Positions 39,437 through 53,817 are shown, counted from the stretch's first letter. The stretch: 64,000 bases of DNA from Octopus vulgaris (GCA_951406725.2 OX597815.1:180792001-180856000); one strand, 5' to 3'. The notes: generated from the letters alone by a model not told the origin. Translations and numbers: made by a program.

Positions 39437-39942
39437 GAGCAGGAGCGGCTGTATGTTAAGTAGCTTCTTACCAACCACGTGGTTCCGGGTTCAGTCCCAC
39501 TGCGTGGCACCTTGGGCAAGTGTCTTCTACTATAGCCTCGGGCCATACATACATACATACATACATACATACAAACGAGCAGGAGCGGCTGTATGTTAAG
39601 TAGCTTCTTACCAACCACATGGTTCCGGGTTCAGTCCCACTGCGTGGTACCTTGGGCAAGTGTCTTCTACTATAGCCTCGGGCCGACCAAAGCCTTGTGA
39701 GTAGATTCGGTAGACGAAACTGAAAGAAGCCCGTCGTATATATGTACACATATATATATATATGTATATATGTATGTGTGTGTATATGTTTGTGTGTCTG
39801 TGTTTGTCCTCTCAGTATCGTTTGACAACCGAAGATGGTGTGTTTACGTCCCCGTAACTTTGCGGTTCAGCAAAAGAGACCGATAGAATAAGTACTAGGC
39901 TTACAAAGAATACGTCCTGGGGTCGAAACAAGTAAAAGAGAG
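39437..39942 (+). mobile_element. Family B SINE with tandemly duplicated 5' part
   Basis: 39437-39545 repeated at 39576 with shared diagnostic variants, each preceded by (TACA)n. Confidence 0.9.
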
Positions 39943-39973
39943 TATGCATATATATATATAAACCATGGTTTTA

Positions 39974-40056
<83 letters not shown>

Positions 40057-40944
40057 TTATCGCCATATTATTAATATGGCATTCTTATAGATATAAGAAT
40101 AATCGCTGCCGCTGGTCAGCTCCATGAGGCCACCGCCTTAAGATAGCTATTGATACACGATCTGTATTCATTATAACCTTCGAACAAGGGAGGTCAGCCG
40201 CTTCACACTGCCAGTCCGACAGCTAAAGACGCGTTTCGGGGTATTGCCCCATGTCAATGTAGCGCAGTCAGACCCCGCAGGTGTCGCCACTGACGTCTCT
40301 GTTCGAAGGTTTCTATTTACCTAGTTTCAGTGGAATACATCTACTTGTTTTCAATAATAGAAATATTAAAATTACTAAGTCTCTATAAAAGAGATTACGG
40401 CAGCGTTTACTGTAAATCAATAGCTATCTTAAGGCGGTGGCCTCATGGAGCTGACCAGCGGCAGCGATTATTCCTATATCTATAAGAATGCCATATTAAT
40501 ATGGCGATAACAATTAATTTACAGTAAACGCTGCCGTAATCTCTTTTATAGAGATTTAGTAATTTTAATATTTCTATTATTGAAAACAAGTGGATGTATT
40601 CCACTGAAACTAGGTAAATAGAAACCTTCGAACAGAGACGTCAGTGGCGACACCTGCGGGGTCTGACTGCGCTACATTGACAAGGGGCAATACCCCGAAA
40701 CGCGTCTGTAGCTGTCGGACTGGCAGTGTGAAGCGGCTGACCTCCCTTGTTCGAAGGTTATAATGGATACAGATCGTGTATCAATAGCTATCTTAAGGCG
40801 GTGGCCTCATGGAGCTGACCAGCGGCAGCGATTATTCTTATATCTATAAGAATGCCATATTAATATGGCGATAACAATTAATTTACAGTAAACGCTGCCG
40901 TAATCTCTTTTATAGAGACTTAGTAATTTTAATATTTCTATTAT
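40057..40944. mobile_element. Retrozyme-like element: 364-bp hammerhead unit, one inverted copy plus ~1.45 tandem copies, inserted in (TA)n
   Basis: atcaatagctatcttaagg at 40416 and 40780 (period 364); 40057-40417 is the reverse complement; no ORF. Confidence 0.88.
40671..40712 (+). ncRNA. Type I hammerhead ribozyme, U3-A8 variant
   Basis: gctaca-TTGACAA-GGGG-caata-CCCC-GAAA-C-GC-G-TC-tgtagc; predicted cleavage after GUC at 40706; mutated mirror copy at 40222-40263. Confidence 0.85.
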
Positions 40945-40987
40945 ATATATATATATGTATATATGTATATAAATATATATATATATG

Positions 40988-41078
<91 letters not shown>

Positions 41079-41514
41079 ATATGTATATATATTATATCCA
41101 GCAATGCAGTGTTGAGCAGTCCTTTTCATCGTTCGAAATTTATGCACACACACACACAAACATACACACATACACACATATATGTATGTGTGTGTGTGCA
41201 TGTATGTGTGTGCGTGTATGCGTGTATGTGTATCTGGTTTGTAAAGTTAGATGTACAACTACCACTGTTTGAGTAAGAGTTCCACGTAGATTATCATCAT
41301 CCCGTCTGCTTCGAGTAAAGTGGTTAGTGTACCACTGTTCTTAGCAGTGTTACTAGTTATAATATACCGAGCATATGTTGTACAAATTAAGATAAAGACG
41401 AGTATAAATATTTAGTTCCTACTAAATATTTATAAATATTTATATTAATGTTTATCGTAATTCACACAATATATATATAAATAAATACATATACATATAT
41501 GGGTGTTTGTATAA

Positions 41515-41609
<95 letters not shown>

Positions 41610-41614
41610 ATACA

Positions 41615-41960
41615 TTTCTCTCTCTTTTACTTGTTTCAGTCATTTGACTGCGGCCATGCTGGAGCACCGCCTTTAGTCGAGCAAATCGACCTCGGGACTT
41701 ATTCTTTGTAAGCCCAGTACTTATTCTATCGGTTTCTTATGCCGAACCGCTAAGTGACGGGGATATAAACACCCAGCATCGGTTGTCAAGCAATGCTAGG
41801 GGGACAAACACATACACATACACACATATATATACATATACGACAGGCTTCTTTCAGTTTCCGTCTACCAAATCCACTCACAAGGCTTTGGTCGGCCCGG
41901 GGCTATAGCGGAAGACACTTGCCCAAGATGCCGCGCAGTAGGACTGAACCCGGAACCATC
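41615..41960 (-). mobile_element. Family B SINE
   Basis: Reverse complement of 53818-54238 family. Confidence 0.9.
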
Positions 41961-42112
41961 TTTTTATTTCATTATTATTATTAGCGCTTTCGTTCGTTTT
42001 TCGAAACTGTGAAATAAAATTTTTTGACTTTCCAAACAGCTTGTTCATTTATGTAAAACAGATGTTTCTTTGGGGTTTTGTTTAGAAGAAGAGAACATTG
42101 TTTTTGTTTTTG

Positions 42113-42225
42113 GGGGTGAGGTTCCATGTCAATAGTGATAGATAGAATATGTATCTATTTATCTATCCGCCTATCTACCTATCTATATTTCTATCTATCT
42201 CCATTGTCATGGAACCTCACTCCCC
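42113..42225. repeat. Short inverted repeat around (GATA/TATC) tract
   Basis: gtgaggttccatg.caat ... attg.catggaacctcac. Confidence 0.7.
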
Positions 42226-42390
42226 TAATTGAACCCCAATCCATCTAATTGAATAAATGTACACACATGTGCAACCTACAAAGGGCGCAAAAATGTAAGC
42301 CTAAAGACTTAGCGAACTTTTTTCTTTTTGCCCTTTTTCTTTGCCTTTTTCCTTTTCCTCCTCTCTATATTCCTCCGATAAACTCTAAAT

Positions 42391-42470
42391 CATTCTGACG
42401 AGGTTTGTTACATGGGACGAGATAAATGCAAATTTACCTTAAAAATAACAAACCGAAACAGCTGTAAATG
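42391..42470 (+). ncRNA. Canonical type I hammerhead ribozyme
   Basis: catt-CTGACGA-GGTTTGTTA-(35 nt)-TAACAAACC-GAAA-C-agct-G-TA-aatg; all core residues intact; predicted cleavage after GUA at 42466. Confidence 0.9.
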
Positions 42471-42808
42471 TTATTTCAACAACAATTAAACTATAACCAT
42501 TTAATACCAATGATCAACTTCTGATTGTTAATTGTTGCTCCATTTCTTCTCTTATCTGAATATATTAAACCATGGTTTTACCATTTAAATTACCAACTAC
42601 TGTTAACCTCATACCAAGGCCTATACATAGGGAGGTAATACACCAGCAGTACCTACGGATACATTTATCCCTTAGACGGTTGCATAACCTCTAACTTATA
42701 ATTTTTTTTAACTATATGCATATATATATATAAGTAAATATAAGTGTCGTGTCTTTGAACTCGTGTTAATATATAGCGTGCAGTTCGACAAATTATATTT
42801 TATGACGT

Positions 42809-42884
42809 ACTCCGCCGATGATCTGAGGATAATTATGTAAGTAAAATTGCATAATTTATTAACAGTGAAACAATTGTATGGGGT
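42809..42884 (+). ncRNA. Type I hammerhead, U4C variant
   Basis: actccg-CCGATGA-t-ctg...aattatgtaa/ttgcataatt...cag-t-GAAAC-aatt-GTA-tggggt. Confidence 0.7.
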
Positions 42885-43035
42885 TAATCTATAATTTTGT
42901 TATTTTTCATTTGTCCTGCTCGCTTACGTTCTTAGTGTGCTACATTTTTCTCGAGAACAATTCTTAGTGGTTCAGTTCCTTTGCGGATCTATATCTAGCG
43001 TAAGAGCGTCCACATAGTGGATTCTCTCTCATATT

Positions 43036-43076
<41 letters not shown>

Positions 43077-43193
43077 TGGCCTGCTCGCTTAACCAGCGGG
43101 GTGGCGTCGTTCGAAGGCTAAAACAATGCGAACGCATTGTGACCAGCGATGTGTAGCAACACCTGATGGTCTGGTCGGTAACGTGATCACGTG

Positions 43194-43227
<34 letters not shown>

Positions 43228-43254
43228 TCCCAATAGACAGCCAGTGGGGCAAAT

Positions 43255-43485
43255 GTGTCGAGCTGGCAGACACGTTAGCGCGCCGGGCGAAATGCTTAGC
43301 GGTATTTCGTCTGTCGTTACGTTCTGAGTTCAAATACCGCCCAGGTCGACTTTGCCTTTCATCCTTTCGGGGTCGATAAATAAAGTACCAGTTTCGCACT
43401 AGGGACGATATAATCGACTCAATCCCTTCGTCTGTCCTTGTTTGTCACCTCTATGTTTAGCCCCTTCTGGGCAGTAAAGAAATAT
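43255..43485 (+). mobile_element. Family A SINE
   Basis: Full head, Nin-like core and tail gtaaagaaata. Confidence 0.9.
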
Positions 43486-43966
43486 ATATACGATTGGGTC
43501 GATAGTGGAATTTGGTAGGCAATAAAAGAGATCAACAATGAATCAGTGGGCTAGATATAATTAACTGAAACGATAGGGAGGTTATTTTTAATGAGGGGGA
43601 AAAATTATAGAATTGTATAGGGATCAGGAATCAGACCTAAAGATATTTCAGTTGCCAGCTTGAAACACACATTAACCACGTTGTGAACGTGCGACGTGTC
43701 TTAGGTGATAACTGGTCAGCTTGAAGAGATATCATGCTTTCTCATGAGACATCATTGAAGTTCGCATTTCTGCTCCAAGAACAAACTACAGAGATTTGAG
43801 AGAGCTACGGGAAACACAAGCCTCACCTTCTGCGTAGCAAGCCAGAGCAATCCCAAAGGTTTGAGAGCCACCAGAGAGCACATGTCTCGCCTCTCACCCA
43901 GCAACACCAAGTTTTCCTTTACTTCAATCCAGCCAGAAATGAAAGGGATTCTTTTTTTATATATAT

Positions 43967-45262
<1,296 letters not shown>

Positions 45263-45392
45263 TATATATATATATTTATATAAATAAGGATAAGATATAA
45301 ATAAGGATAAGATCGTTAATTTAAATTAAATAACGATCTAATCGAGTGGCCAGCATGCAAATAACAACTTTCAAAGGTAATAATTATTTAAA

Positions 45393-45553
45393 ATTATAAC
45401 TTAGGGTATCTACGAGATACCGCCATGCTGAAAATAGCAGCCATAATCTGACTCTAAAAAATACTATATGAACAATTAATGCGGTTTTTTAGAGTGAGAT
45501 TATGACTGCTATTTTCAGCATGGCGGTATCTCGTAGATACCCTAAGTTATAAT
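45393..45553. repeat. Near-perfect palindrome, ~68-bp arms
   Basis: attataacttagggtatctacgagataccgccatgctgaaaatagcag... mirrored at 45485-45553. Confidence 0.9.
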
Positions 45554-45950
45554 CTTTATATATAAAAGTCAAGTTGTATGCCTGTCTCCTACGATTTAGA
45601 TTCCTAACTACTCCCACATTTTGCGGTGCAGTTTAACTAAAACCGGGTATCTTATAGTCGTGATTCATATCGAGCCCTTCTGGGTATTAGCGCGCGTCTA
45701 CGATGAGACTACGATTAAAAAAAAATTTACCATCATTTTTTTCCATTTTAATGCATTTTTTCGCTATTATATAAGGGAAATAACTCTCTAAAAATGTCTA
45801 CGATGAATCAACGATTTAAAAAAAAAAAATTTACCATCATTTCTTTTCCATTTTTAATGCATTTTTTTGCTATTTTTTGGCTATAACTCTCTAAAAATGC
45901 TTATATAGTTATTTCCCTTACAAACCGAGCAACGCCGGGCGATACTGCTA

Positions 45951-45951
<1 letters not shown>
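45553..45951 (+). mobile_element. Non-autonomous Helitron
   Basis: A|TC start, internal tandem ~100-bp repeat, 3' ccgagcaacgccgggcgatactgCTAG|T. Confidence 0.88.
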
Positions 45952-46014
<63 letters not shown>

Positions 46015-46018
<4 letters not shown>

Positions 46019-46322
46019 CGTGATCACCGTGACCGACAAGGCTATCAGATGTTGCTACACATCGCTGGTCACAATGCGCTTCGCATTGTTTAGCCTTCAG
46101 ATGACGCCACCCCACTGGCTAAGCGAGCAGGACAACAGAAGTAAGAGTGAGAGAAAGGTGTAGCGAAAGAGTGCAGCAGGGATCGCCACCACCTCCTGCC
46201 GGAGCCTCGTGGAGCTTTTAGGCGTTTTCGCTCAATAAACACTGACAACGCCCGGTCTGGGAATCGAAACCGTGATCCTACAACCGCGAGTCCGCTGCCC
46301 TAACCACTGGGCCATTGCGCCT

Positions 46323-46326
<4 letters not shown>
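46015..46326 (-). mobile_element. Family C SINE with alternative tail
   Basis: Head as 35727; tail matches 43075-43195. Confidence 0.85.
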
Positions 46327-46359
<33 letters not shown>

Positions 46360-46831
46360 GGGAGGGGGCTACATATACATGTACGTACGTCCACTTGTTT
46401 TATGACAAACGTATGAATACGTTCACACACATTAACGCCTCTAAAAAATGATTGGAGTTAATTTAATCAATGTGAATCAATTTTTATACATTTCTCACCG
46501 AAATCTGGTACACTTTGTTTTGGCGGAACAATTTAATCCTTTGTATGATATTATAAACTTGATACACTTTTGTTTTCCCTGCGTTCCCTTTTATCAGTTT
46601 GTAATAATATTTACACAATCGTATTGTTTTTATAAAATGAGACAATTGGTCAGGGCAGGGCACGAGTGACAAATGCGCGCTTCTTAAATATTTGATTCCG
46701 GGTTTGATCAGGAAAGTATCATTAACTAAAGTCTCGGACTCACTAACGGCCTGTAAGCGAAATCATACACACCATAGATACACAAACTGCATGCATACAT
46801 ACATACATACATACATACATACATACATACA

Positions 46832-47013
46832 TAGGCGCAGGCGTGGCTGTGTGGTAAGAAACTTGCTTCCCAACCACATGGTTCCGGGTTCATTCCCACT
46901 GCGTGGCACCTTGGGCAAGTGGCTGGTACTATAGCCTCGGGCTGACCAAAGCCTTGTGAGTGGATTTTGTAGACGGAAACTGAAAGAAGTTCGTCGTGTA
47001 TATATATATATAA

Positions 47014-47075
<62 letters not shown>

Positions 47076-47802
47076 GTATGTGTGTATGTATGTATATATG
47101 TATGTATGTGTGTGTGTGTGCGCGTGTGTGTGTGAGTGTGTGTGCGTGTGTGTTTATGTCTGTGTTTCCCCTCATCATCGTTTGACAACCGATGTTGGTT
47201 TGTTTACTTTCCCGTAACTTAGCGGTTCAGCAGAAGCGATCTATAGAATAAGAACCAGGTTTACAAAGAATAAGTCCGGAGGTCGATTTGTTCGACTAAA
47301 AGGCGGTGCTTCAGCATGGCCGCAGTCAGTTGACTGAAACAAGTAAAATAAAAGATATATACATACATACATACATACATACATACATACATACATAAAA
47401 CAACTACTCAAGGAATACAGGGGGAATATTTCCATCAAAACTTCTGTCAAATGTAAGCACAACAGGCCGGATATTGCAATTTGGGACTAAAGGGCAGAGG
47501 TATGTACGTTCTAGTGGTCAGCTGCTCTGCAGATATAAATATCTCTTTGAAAATCAAAGAAAAAGAGGATATCTCTTTATTCTTTACTCTTTTACTTGTT
47601 TCAGTCATTTGACTGTGGCCATGCTGGAGCACCGCCTTTAGTCGAGCAAATCGACCCCGGGACTTATTCTTTGTAAGCCCAGTACTTATTGTATCGGTCT
47701 CTTTTGCCGAACCGCTAAGTGACGGGGACGTAAACACACCAGCATCGGTTGTCAAGCAATGCTAGGGGGCAAACACAGACACACAAACACACACACACAC
47801 AT

Positions 47803-47881
<79 letters not shown>

Positions 47882-48045
47882 TGTATACATATATACAACA
47901 GGCTTCTTTCAGTTTCCGTCTACCAAATCCACTCACAAGGCATTGATCGGCCCGGGGCTATAGCAGAAGATACTTGCCCAAGATGCCACGCAGTGGGACT
48001 GAACCCAGAACCATGTGGTTGGTTAGCAAGCCACTCCTGCGCCTA
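46832..48045. mobile_element. Family B SINEs (46832-47355 +, 47580-48045 -)
   Basis: Full head, CORE-like segment, internal (TA)/(TG) tract and tail. Confidence 0.9.
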
Positions 48046-48289
48046 TCTATGGACAACTGCTTCGAAACCTCTAGCTTCTATATCCAGACTATGAATTCAT
48101 AGAAGAGAGGTGTTGTTTTACATTTCGAGCATAGCTCTTTGTCGGAATCAGGAAAAACAGGAAAGTCCATTGCTTGTGCTACGTCCTCACGTTTGTTTGT
48201 TTGTTTTTTTCTTCTTTTTACCTTTTTGTTTATTGAATTTACTGAACTCAACAATTTTTTTATTTCATCCCCTGTTTATTTTCTCTGAT

Positions 48290-48392
48290 TCCTTTGTGTT
48301 GAAGAGCGTAGGCTCGAAATGTAAAAGACTTTTCCATTTCTCCTGAGCGTCAAACTATTAAACTTGCGTGTTGTTCATACACCTGTCTTCGT

Positions 48393-48398
<6 letters not shown>
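48290..48398 (+). ncRNA. Decayed hammerhead-bearing repeat (relative at 33215-33310)
   Basis: cttt-GTGTTGA-A-GAGC-gtag-GCTC-GAAAT-GTA-aaag followed by cctgagcgtcaaa shared with 33270. Confidence 0.5.
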
Positions 48399-48429
<31 letters not shown>

Positions 48430-48462
48430 GTGTGTCTGTGTGCATGTATGTATGTATGTATG

Positions 48463-48496
<34 letters not shown>

Positions 48497-49904
48497 CGTA
48501 TGCATGTATGTATGTATGCATGTATGTATGTATGTATTTGTGTGTGTGTGTCTGCGTTTGCCCCACTCCCCATCGCTTAACAACCGGTGTTGGTGAGCTT
48601 ATATGCCCGTAACTTAGCGGTTCGGCATAAAGACCAATAGAATAAGTAACAGGCTTAAAAAGTGTAAGTACTGGGGTCGAATTATTCAACTAAAGTTCCT
48701 CAAGGTGATGCTCCAGTATGGCCGTAGTGTGATGAGTATGGTCCCAGAAACATGAGGTGCAAGGAGTGCCAGGGCCCCTCTAAATTTGTTGTTGGGTGCA
48801 AAATAAAAATGTGCACCCCCTTCTTACCTTTCTCACGTTTAGAAAACAGTGAGTAGAATGCGATCTGTAAAAAGTAGCTTGAATTAGGTTTCTTCTCAAA
48901 GAACAAAGAACATAAAAAAAGCATGACCTAATTTGTAAAAATTTTGGGGCTGGGTTTGCACCCCCTAAGCAAATTTTGTTCCTGAGTCAATGTCTATAAG
49001 AGGTTTATCTGCGACAAAATTAAAGCGAACTGTCAAGTAACGACCCACATGTCAGTTTTACAGTGGAGTCTCTACTTATTGCAGTAGACTGCACGCCCTC
49101 GCATTCTGAAGTGTCTACTTTAAAGCAAGGTGGACTCGTTCGTTGAGTGTTAAGTGTCTCAGCCACAGACACGACATAGTAGGTCGGTGACCGGATATGA
49201 AGCAGTGACTTCTTAGCTGGGTATGGTTGTTACTGTTTTTGTTGTTGCTTAACCTTAGATTTAAATAATCGGTTTAACCCTAATTAAACAGACATATGAT
49301 CAAGGCATTCAAGGTGGTCGAACAATGCGAAATGCATACTGGAAAGAAAGTAAATAAAAAAAAAAAGAATGAAAAAAAAAAAAAAACAGAAACCGCCTCT
49401 GGTCTTGTGTGATTTGACGGACAGATCAAAGAGGTAAGTTTTGTGCGCAATAAACAAGAAATAGTTCTGTCTACATGGTAAGATTGTGGCTGGCAAGTTA
49501 CGGAAATTATTTCCATGAAAGAAATTTCGTAAATGGATGTAATCTGTGTTTTCTGTCTAAGAGGATGAAACAATTGTTTTTACATTTCTTTGTCCTCCTT
49601 CAAAAAGTTGTAATTAACAACTAAAATTCAGTTTGTACCATATTATTTCTTCATTTTGTTGCTTCGGCTCTCTCTCTCTCTCCCTCTCTCTCTCCCTCCC
49701 ATTCTTTCTCTCTCTCTCTTTCACCTTCACCCTTTCTCTGATTTTTGGTACTTGATGTATGTTTTCTTCCATATTGTTGGAATCCTTGAAATGCCGTTCA
49801 TACACTTTGGAGTCGTGCTATTATACGTGAAATCTATCGAAAGTAATTATAGAATATCCAGGCAGCCACAACAATGCAGGAAGAACTCATTGTCAGATTA
49901 TTAC

Positions 49905-49987
49905 CATTAAAGTGTCGTCTGCTTTACAGAACTTTCCATTCTGCCATTCCAAACATATAGTGCCATTTACTCCACTTTGTACTATTT
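49905..49987 (-). CDS. Candidate internal exon
   Basis: Acceptor catttattttcAG, donor G|GTAATA, open IVQSGVNGTICLEWQNGKFCKADDTLM; no homology recognised. Confidence 0.25.
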
Positions 49988-50404
49988 CTGAAAATAAATG
50001 TGGATCCATTCGGTTCTACTACAGTGATTCTCTGTCTTCCTCGTATTGCAGTGGTATTTACTAGCAGATTCTATTTCATAAAAGCCCCACGTATGTTAAT
50101 GGAAAAGGCAATAAATAAAAAGAACCCCTATCCTACCCCCTTGCATAGTTCCTCGACCTTCTTCAAATTGCAGCCAGACATTTTTTTCAAAATACAACAT
50201 ACGGTCTTTGAAGTCTGTCAGGACAATTTGTATACTGTAATCCTTGGTACATTTTGAAAAATGAAAAAGAAAAAGAAAAAAAAACGAAAAGATGGGACGG
50301 TTATGACTGGAACATCTTTGATTGTGGGTCTTCTCAATGAAAGAAGACCTGCACTTAAAAAGCAACCACAACCGTGACGACGACGAACAAAGTTTTATGT
50401 CCGA

Positions 50405-50787
50405 CTAGCAGTATCGCCCGGCGTTGCTCGGGTTTGTAAGGGAAATAACTATAAAGCATTTTTAGAGAGTTATAGCCAAAAAATAGCAAAAAAATGGAAA
50501 AAAAATTATGGTAAATTTTTTTTGAGAGTTAAAAAGGTCGAGTTGCGTCCCCTAGACAGTCTGTGGTTTGTGTTTCTGATTCTCGACCCCATGTCGAATT
50601 TATCGATTTTTTCAGAACCTGGGGAACTTTTCAAAATTTTCGCTGCGTTAGTTTTGAATTATGACATTGGGCTATGAGTGTGTCAAGTTTCATCAGAATC
50701 GGTTGAAAGCCGTGGTCAGAGTGAGGGTACAACCTGACAGACACACAGACACACAGACAGACAAACTGCCGTTTATATAGAGAGAGA
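50405..50787 (-). mobile_element. Non-autonomous Helitron
   Basis: Reverse: TC start, 3' cccgagcaacgccgggcgatactgCTAG; 3' ~100 bp shared with 45553 copy. Confidence 0.88.
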
Positions 50788-51063
50788 TAACATCAAACCC
50801 CTCCCATCAAGAATCAATACTTTGGTGTTCGTCATCAACCCTAGTCTGCTCCTAGCAAGCTGAACACCATGTTTCTCTTTCTCGTACAGTCATTGTACTT
50901 TCACTGTATCTGAAGTCCATCCACTTCTTAATGTTACCCTTCGACATAATTTTGACTTTCTTTTTGCGCTCTTCACTTGTATTAACAGTCTTTATAGAAA
51001 ATTCAACTTACGATGAAAGTAAACAAAGTTTGCTTTAAAAGCGTTGAGATGTATTGAAAGATA

Positions 51064-51269
51064 CAGAAATAATTTTATTCTCAAACGCATGATAATTGGT
51101 AATACAATAGTATGAACAGGATAAAATGTCCATGTATTGCAGAGAAAAAATCGTTATCGGCCAACCATGAGACGGCCGGTAACGATTTTTTTCTGCAATA
51201 TATGGATAGTTTACCCTGTTCATGCTATTGTATTAGCATTCTCATGCGTTTGAGAATAAATTATTTCTG
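51064..51269. mobile_element. Fold-back MITE, ~95-bp imperfect arms
   Basis: cagaaataattttattctcaaacgcatga ... tcatgcgtttgagaataaattatttctg; TIR related to 34009 element. Confidence 0.85.
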
Positions 51270-51390
51270 AGTCTTTATGGATTATTTTCCTAAATAAGTG
51301 ATATAGTTTCAATAAAACTTACTTAGTTTTTACCATTTTTAGGACTTCATCATTGGCTTTGTAGTTTTTCCATGATATTTTTATCCTCTA

Positions 51391-53060
51391 CTGGCAGAGA
51401 TACCCAGCGTTGCCCGTGTTACATACAATTGAAGAATTAGACTTTTCTGTTATATTTTCTCTAATGAACTGGAATATCTGTTTCGAATTTCATCAAAATT
51501 GCAGATGAGGGTTATTTCCCTCTTTACCCCCCCCCCCCAATTGTAATCGTGCCACATATATCCCATATTACTGATTTTTATGTGCATATTCCAAAATTCC
51601 AGTCTCATAGAACCTGTTAAAAGGATTTTGCTCCTGAAAAATGGAGGTTATGGAGCTCTAAAATGTGAGAATTAACGTCCCTATTGGGGGTGGGCATCTT
51701 AATGTCAACCAGAGAATTTGAATTGTTGAGAATCTTTTTAACTTGGGTCTTATATCTATTGTTTGAATTTCTTTGAAATAGGAAATATATGTTCACTGGG
51801 TTTGTAAAAGAGAGCAAAGCTACAGGAAGCCAAAAGACGAATGATCACAATAAGCAGTCAGTTACCCTACCCTAGTCGTTACCACTCCCAATGTAGGACT
51901 CCTCACCATCCTGGTGACAGGCACAGCCGTAAGATGCATTACGAATCTATAGCAATTAAAAGGGCGTGACTCAACTGAAATAAACATTAACAACTGTGTG
52001 ACCTGAGGGCTAAGGAGAAATGAAAGTTGGAGTTTGCAAATGACCACTATACTGATATGTAACTGGAGAGAATAAATTTACAATTTATAAATGTCTTTGA
52101 ATAACCAGTCACTCATCTGGGAAGACCTTAAAATCAATGTTACCATCTGGGGACTATGTGTGACCCAGTGGTAATAAAAAGACTGAAAGGTGATCTGCAA
52201 TCAAATAACTTTACTCAACACTTCGCAACTGAATCAGTGGAGGCAAAGACGCCTCACATTTACTTGACAATTTATGCACCATATTGCAGAAATCACAATC
52301 TACGTGTATGCCAAAGCAAACTCTTACACTGTTGTACCATTGAATTACAAATAATGCTCACCTTCTATGCTCGGATGACCCCACAGCTTCCAAGAGTACA
52401 ACTATTCGTCTTTGCTTAGATAAAATGATAAAATTGTGGGTGTTAAGTCCCCATGAAGGGTCTTTCTAACTTGTAAGAAGATGAACTTTTATAAATATTA
52501 CTTCATTTGTATCTAATATCTATGGTTAAAATTTCCTCAACAGCAAAAATATATGAATTGTCATGGGGGTTGTGGCCCTTATGCATAGAATATAATTTCC
52601 AAATTTCGTAAAGATCCATTCAGTACTTTTGACTTAGTTTTGGACCATAAAAGAAATGACTAAAATTTGGGAGTTAAGTCCCCCTTTAGGGTGTCTTAGA
52701 ATCCTCATGTGAAGTGGAAACTGAGAATACTTCTTGATGTGTGTCAATTACCCATGGTTGAAATTTCATCAACATCGAAAATTTATGAATTTTCATGGGG
52801 GGGTTCTGCCCCCTTTAAGCCATCCGAAATTCAAACCGAACATATTGCATTATACCTGCCCTTATACATTGAAACTAAGTTTCAAATATCATAAGGATCC
52901 ATTCAGAAATTTGGTCCATGAAATTGTATGAAACACACAGCATTACCCTTCTCTCTGGGCTTTGATTTTGTGTTCCAAATTTCATTATGATCGGTGCAGC
53001 AGTTTTCGAATGCATAAGTAATACACGAATACATAAAGACATTGTCTTTGATATAATAAA
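51391..53060 (-). mobile_element. Older, longer Helitron-like element
   Basis: Minus 3' end cacgggcaacgctgggtatctctgCCAG|T; internal repeated aaatttcat motifs; boundaries approximate. Confidence 0.55.
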
Positions 53061-53077
53061 TATGAATGTACACATAT

Positions 53078-53140
<63 letters not shown>

Positions 53141-53389
53141 TAAATAAAACAAAACATATGCATATATATAAACATATATGTACGTACCTACCTCTACATG
53201 TACATATACACGCATATATGAGTACAGGACACCAAAAGGACGTCGAACACAATGAGAAACGAAAACATAGACACAAACCAAAGGAACTGGACATTTATTT
53301 AAAAACAGCAACAAAAAAAAATAGAATACAGGACAATTAACACAAAGAAAAAAACCCTTCTTCAGTCGCTAAAGCTTTCATCTACTCTA

Positions 53390-53446
<57 letters not shown>

Positions 53447-53508
53447 CGTGTGTGTGTGTGTGTGCGTGTGCATGTGCGTGTGCATGTGCGTGTGTGTGTG
53501 TGTGTGTG

Positions 53509-53549
<41 letters not shown>

Positions 53550-53817
53550 AAGATAAATTGATAGATACAACTGAGTGGGCAAACAAAAATATGAGACACA
53601 GAGTAGTGCTTTTTTATGTTGATAAACCAAGTACTTATTCTATTAGTTTCTTCTTGTGAAACCATTAAGTTATGGGGATGTAAATAAACGAACAAATTGT
53701 GAAGCAGTGATGAGGGTAAAACACAGAAACAAAGTCACACACATACACTTAAATATACACACACACACACATATATAGGAAGTACGTAGAAGCGTTTCAT
53801 AAATTTTTGTTGATCAA

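Noticed and set aside
51800-52420. APE endonuclease remnant (IYAP-like motif)
   Set aside because: Single short motif, too decayed to support a call.
53340-53390. CTGAAGAAGGG on minus as a hammerhead half
   Set aside because: No matching GAAAC/stem II partner in this copy; truncated by microsatellite.
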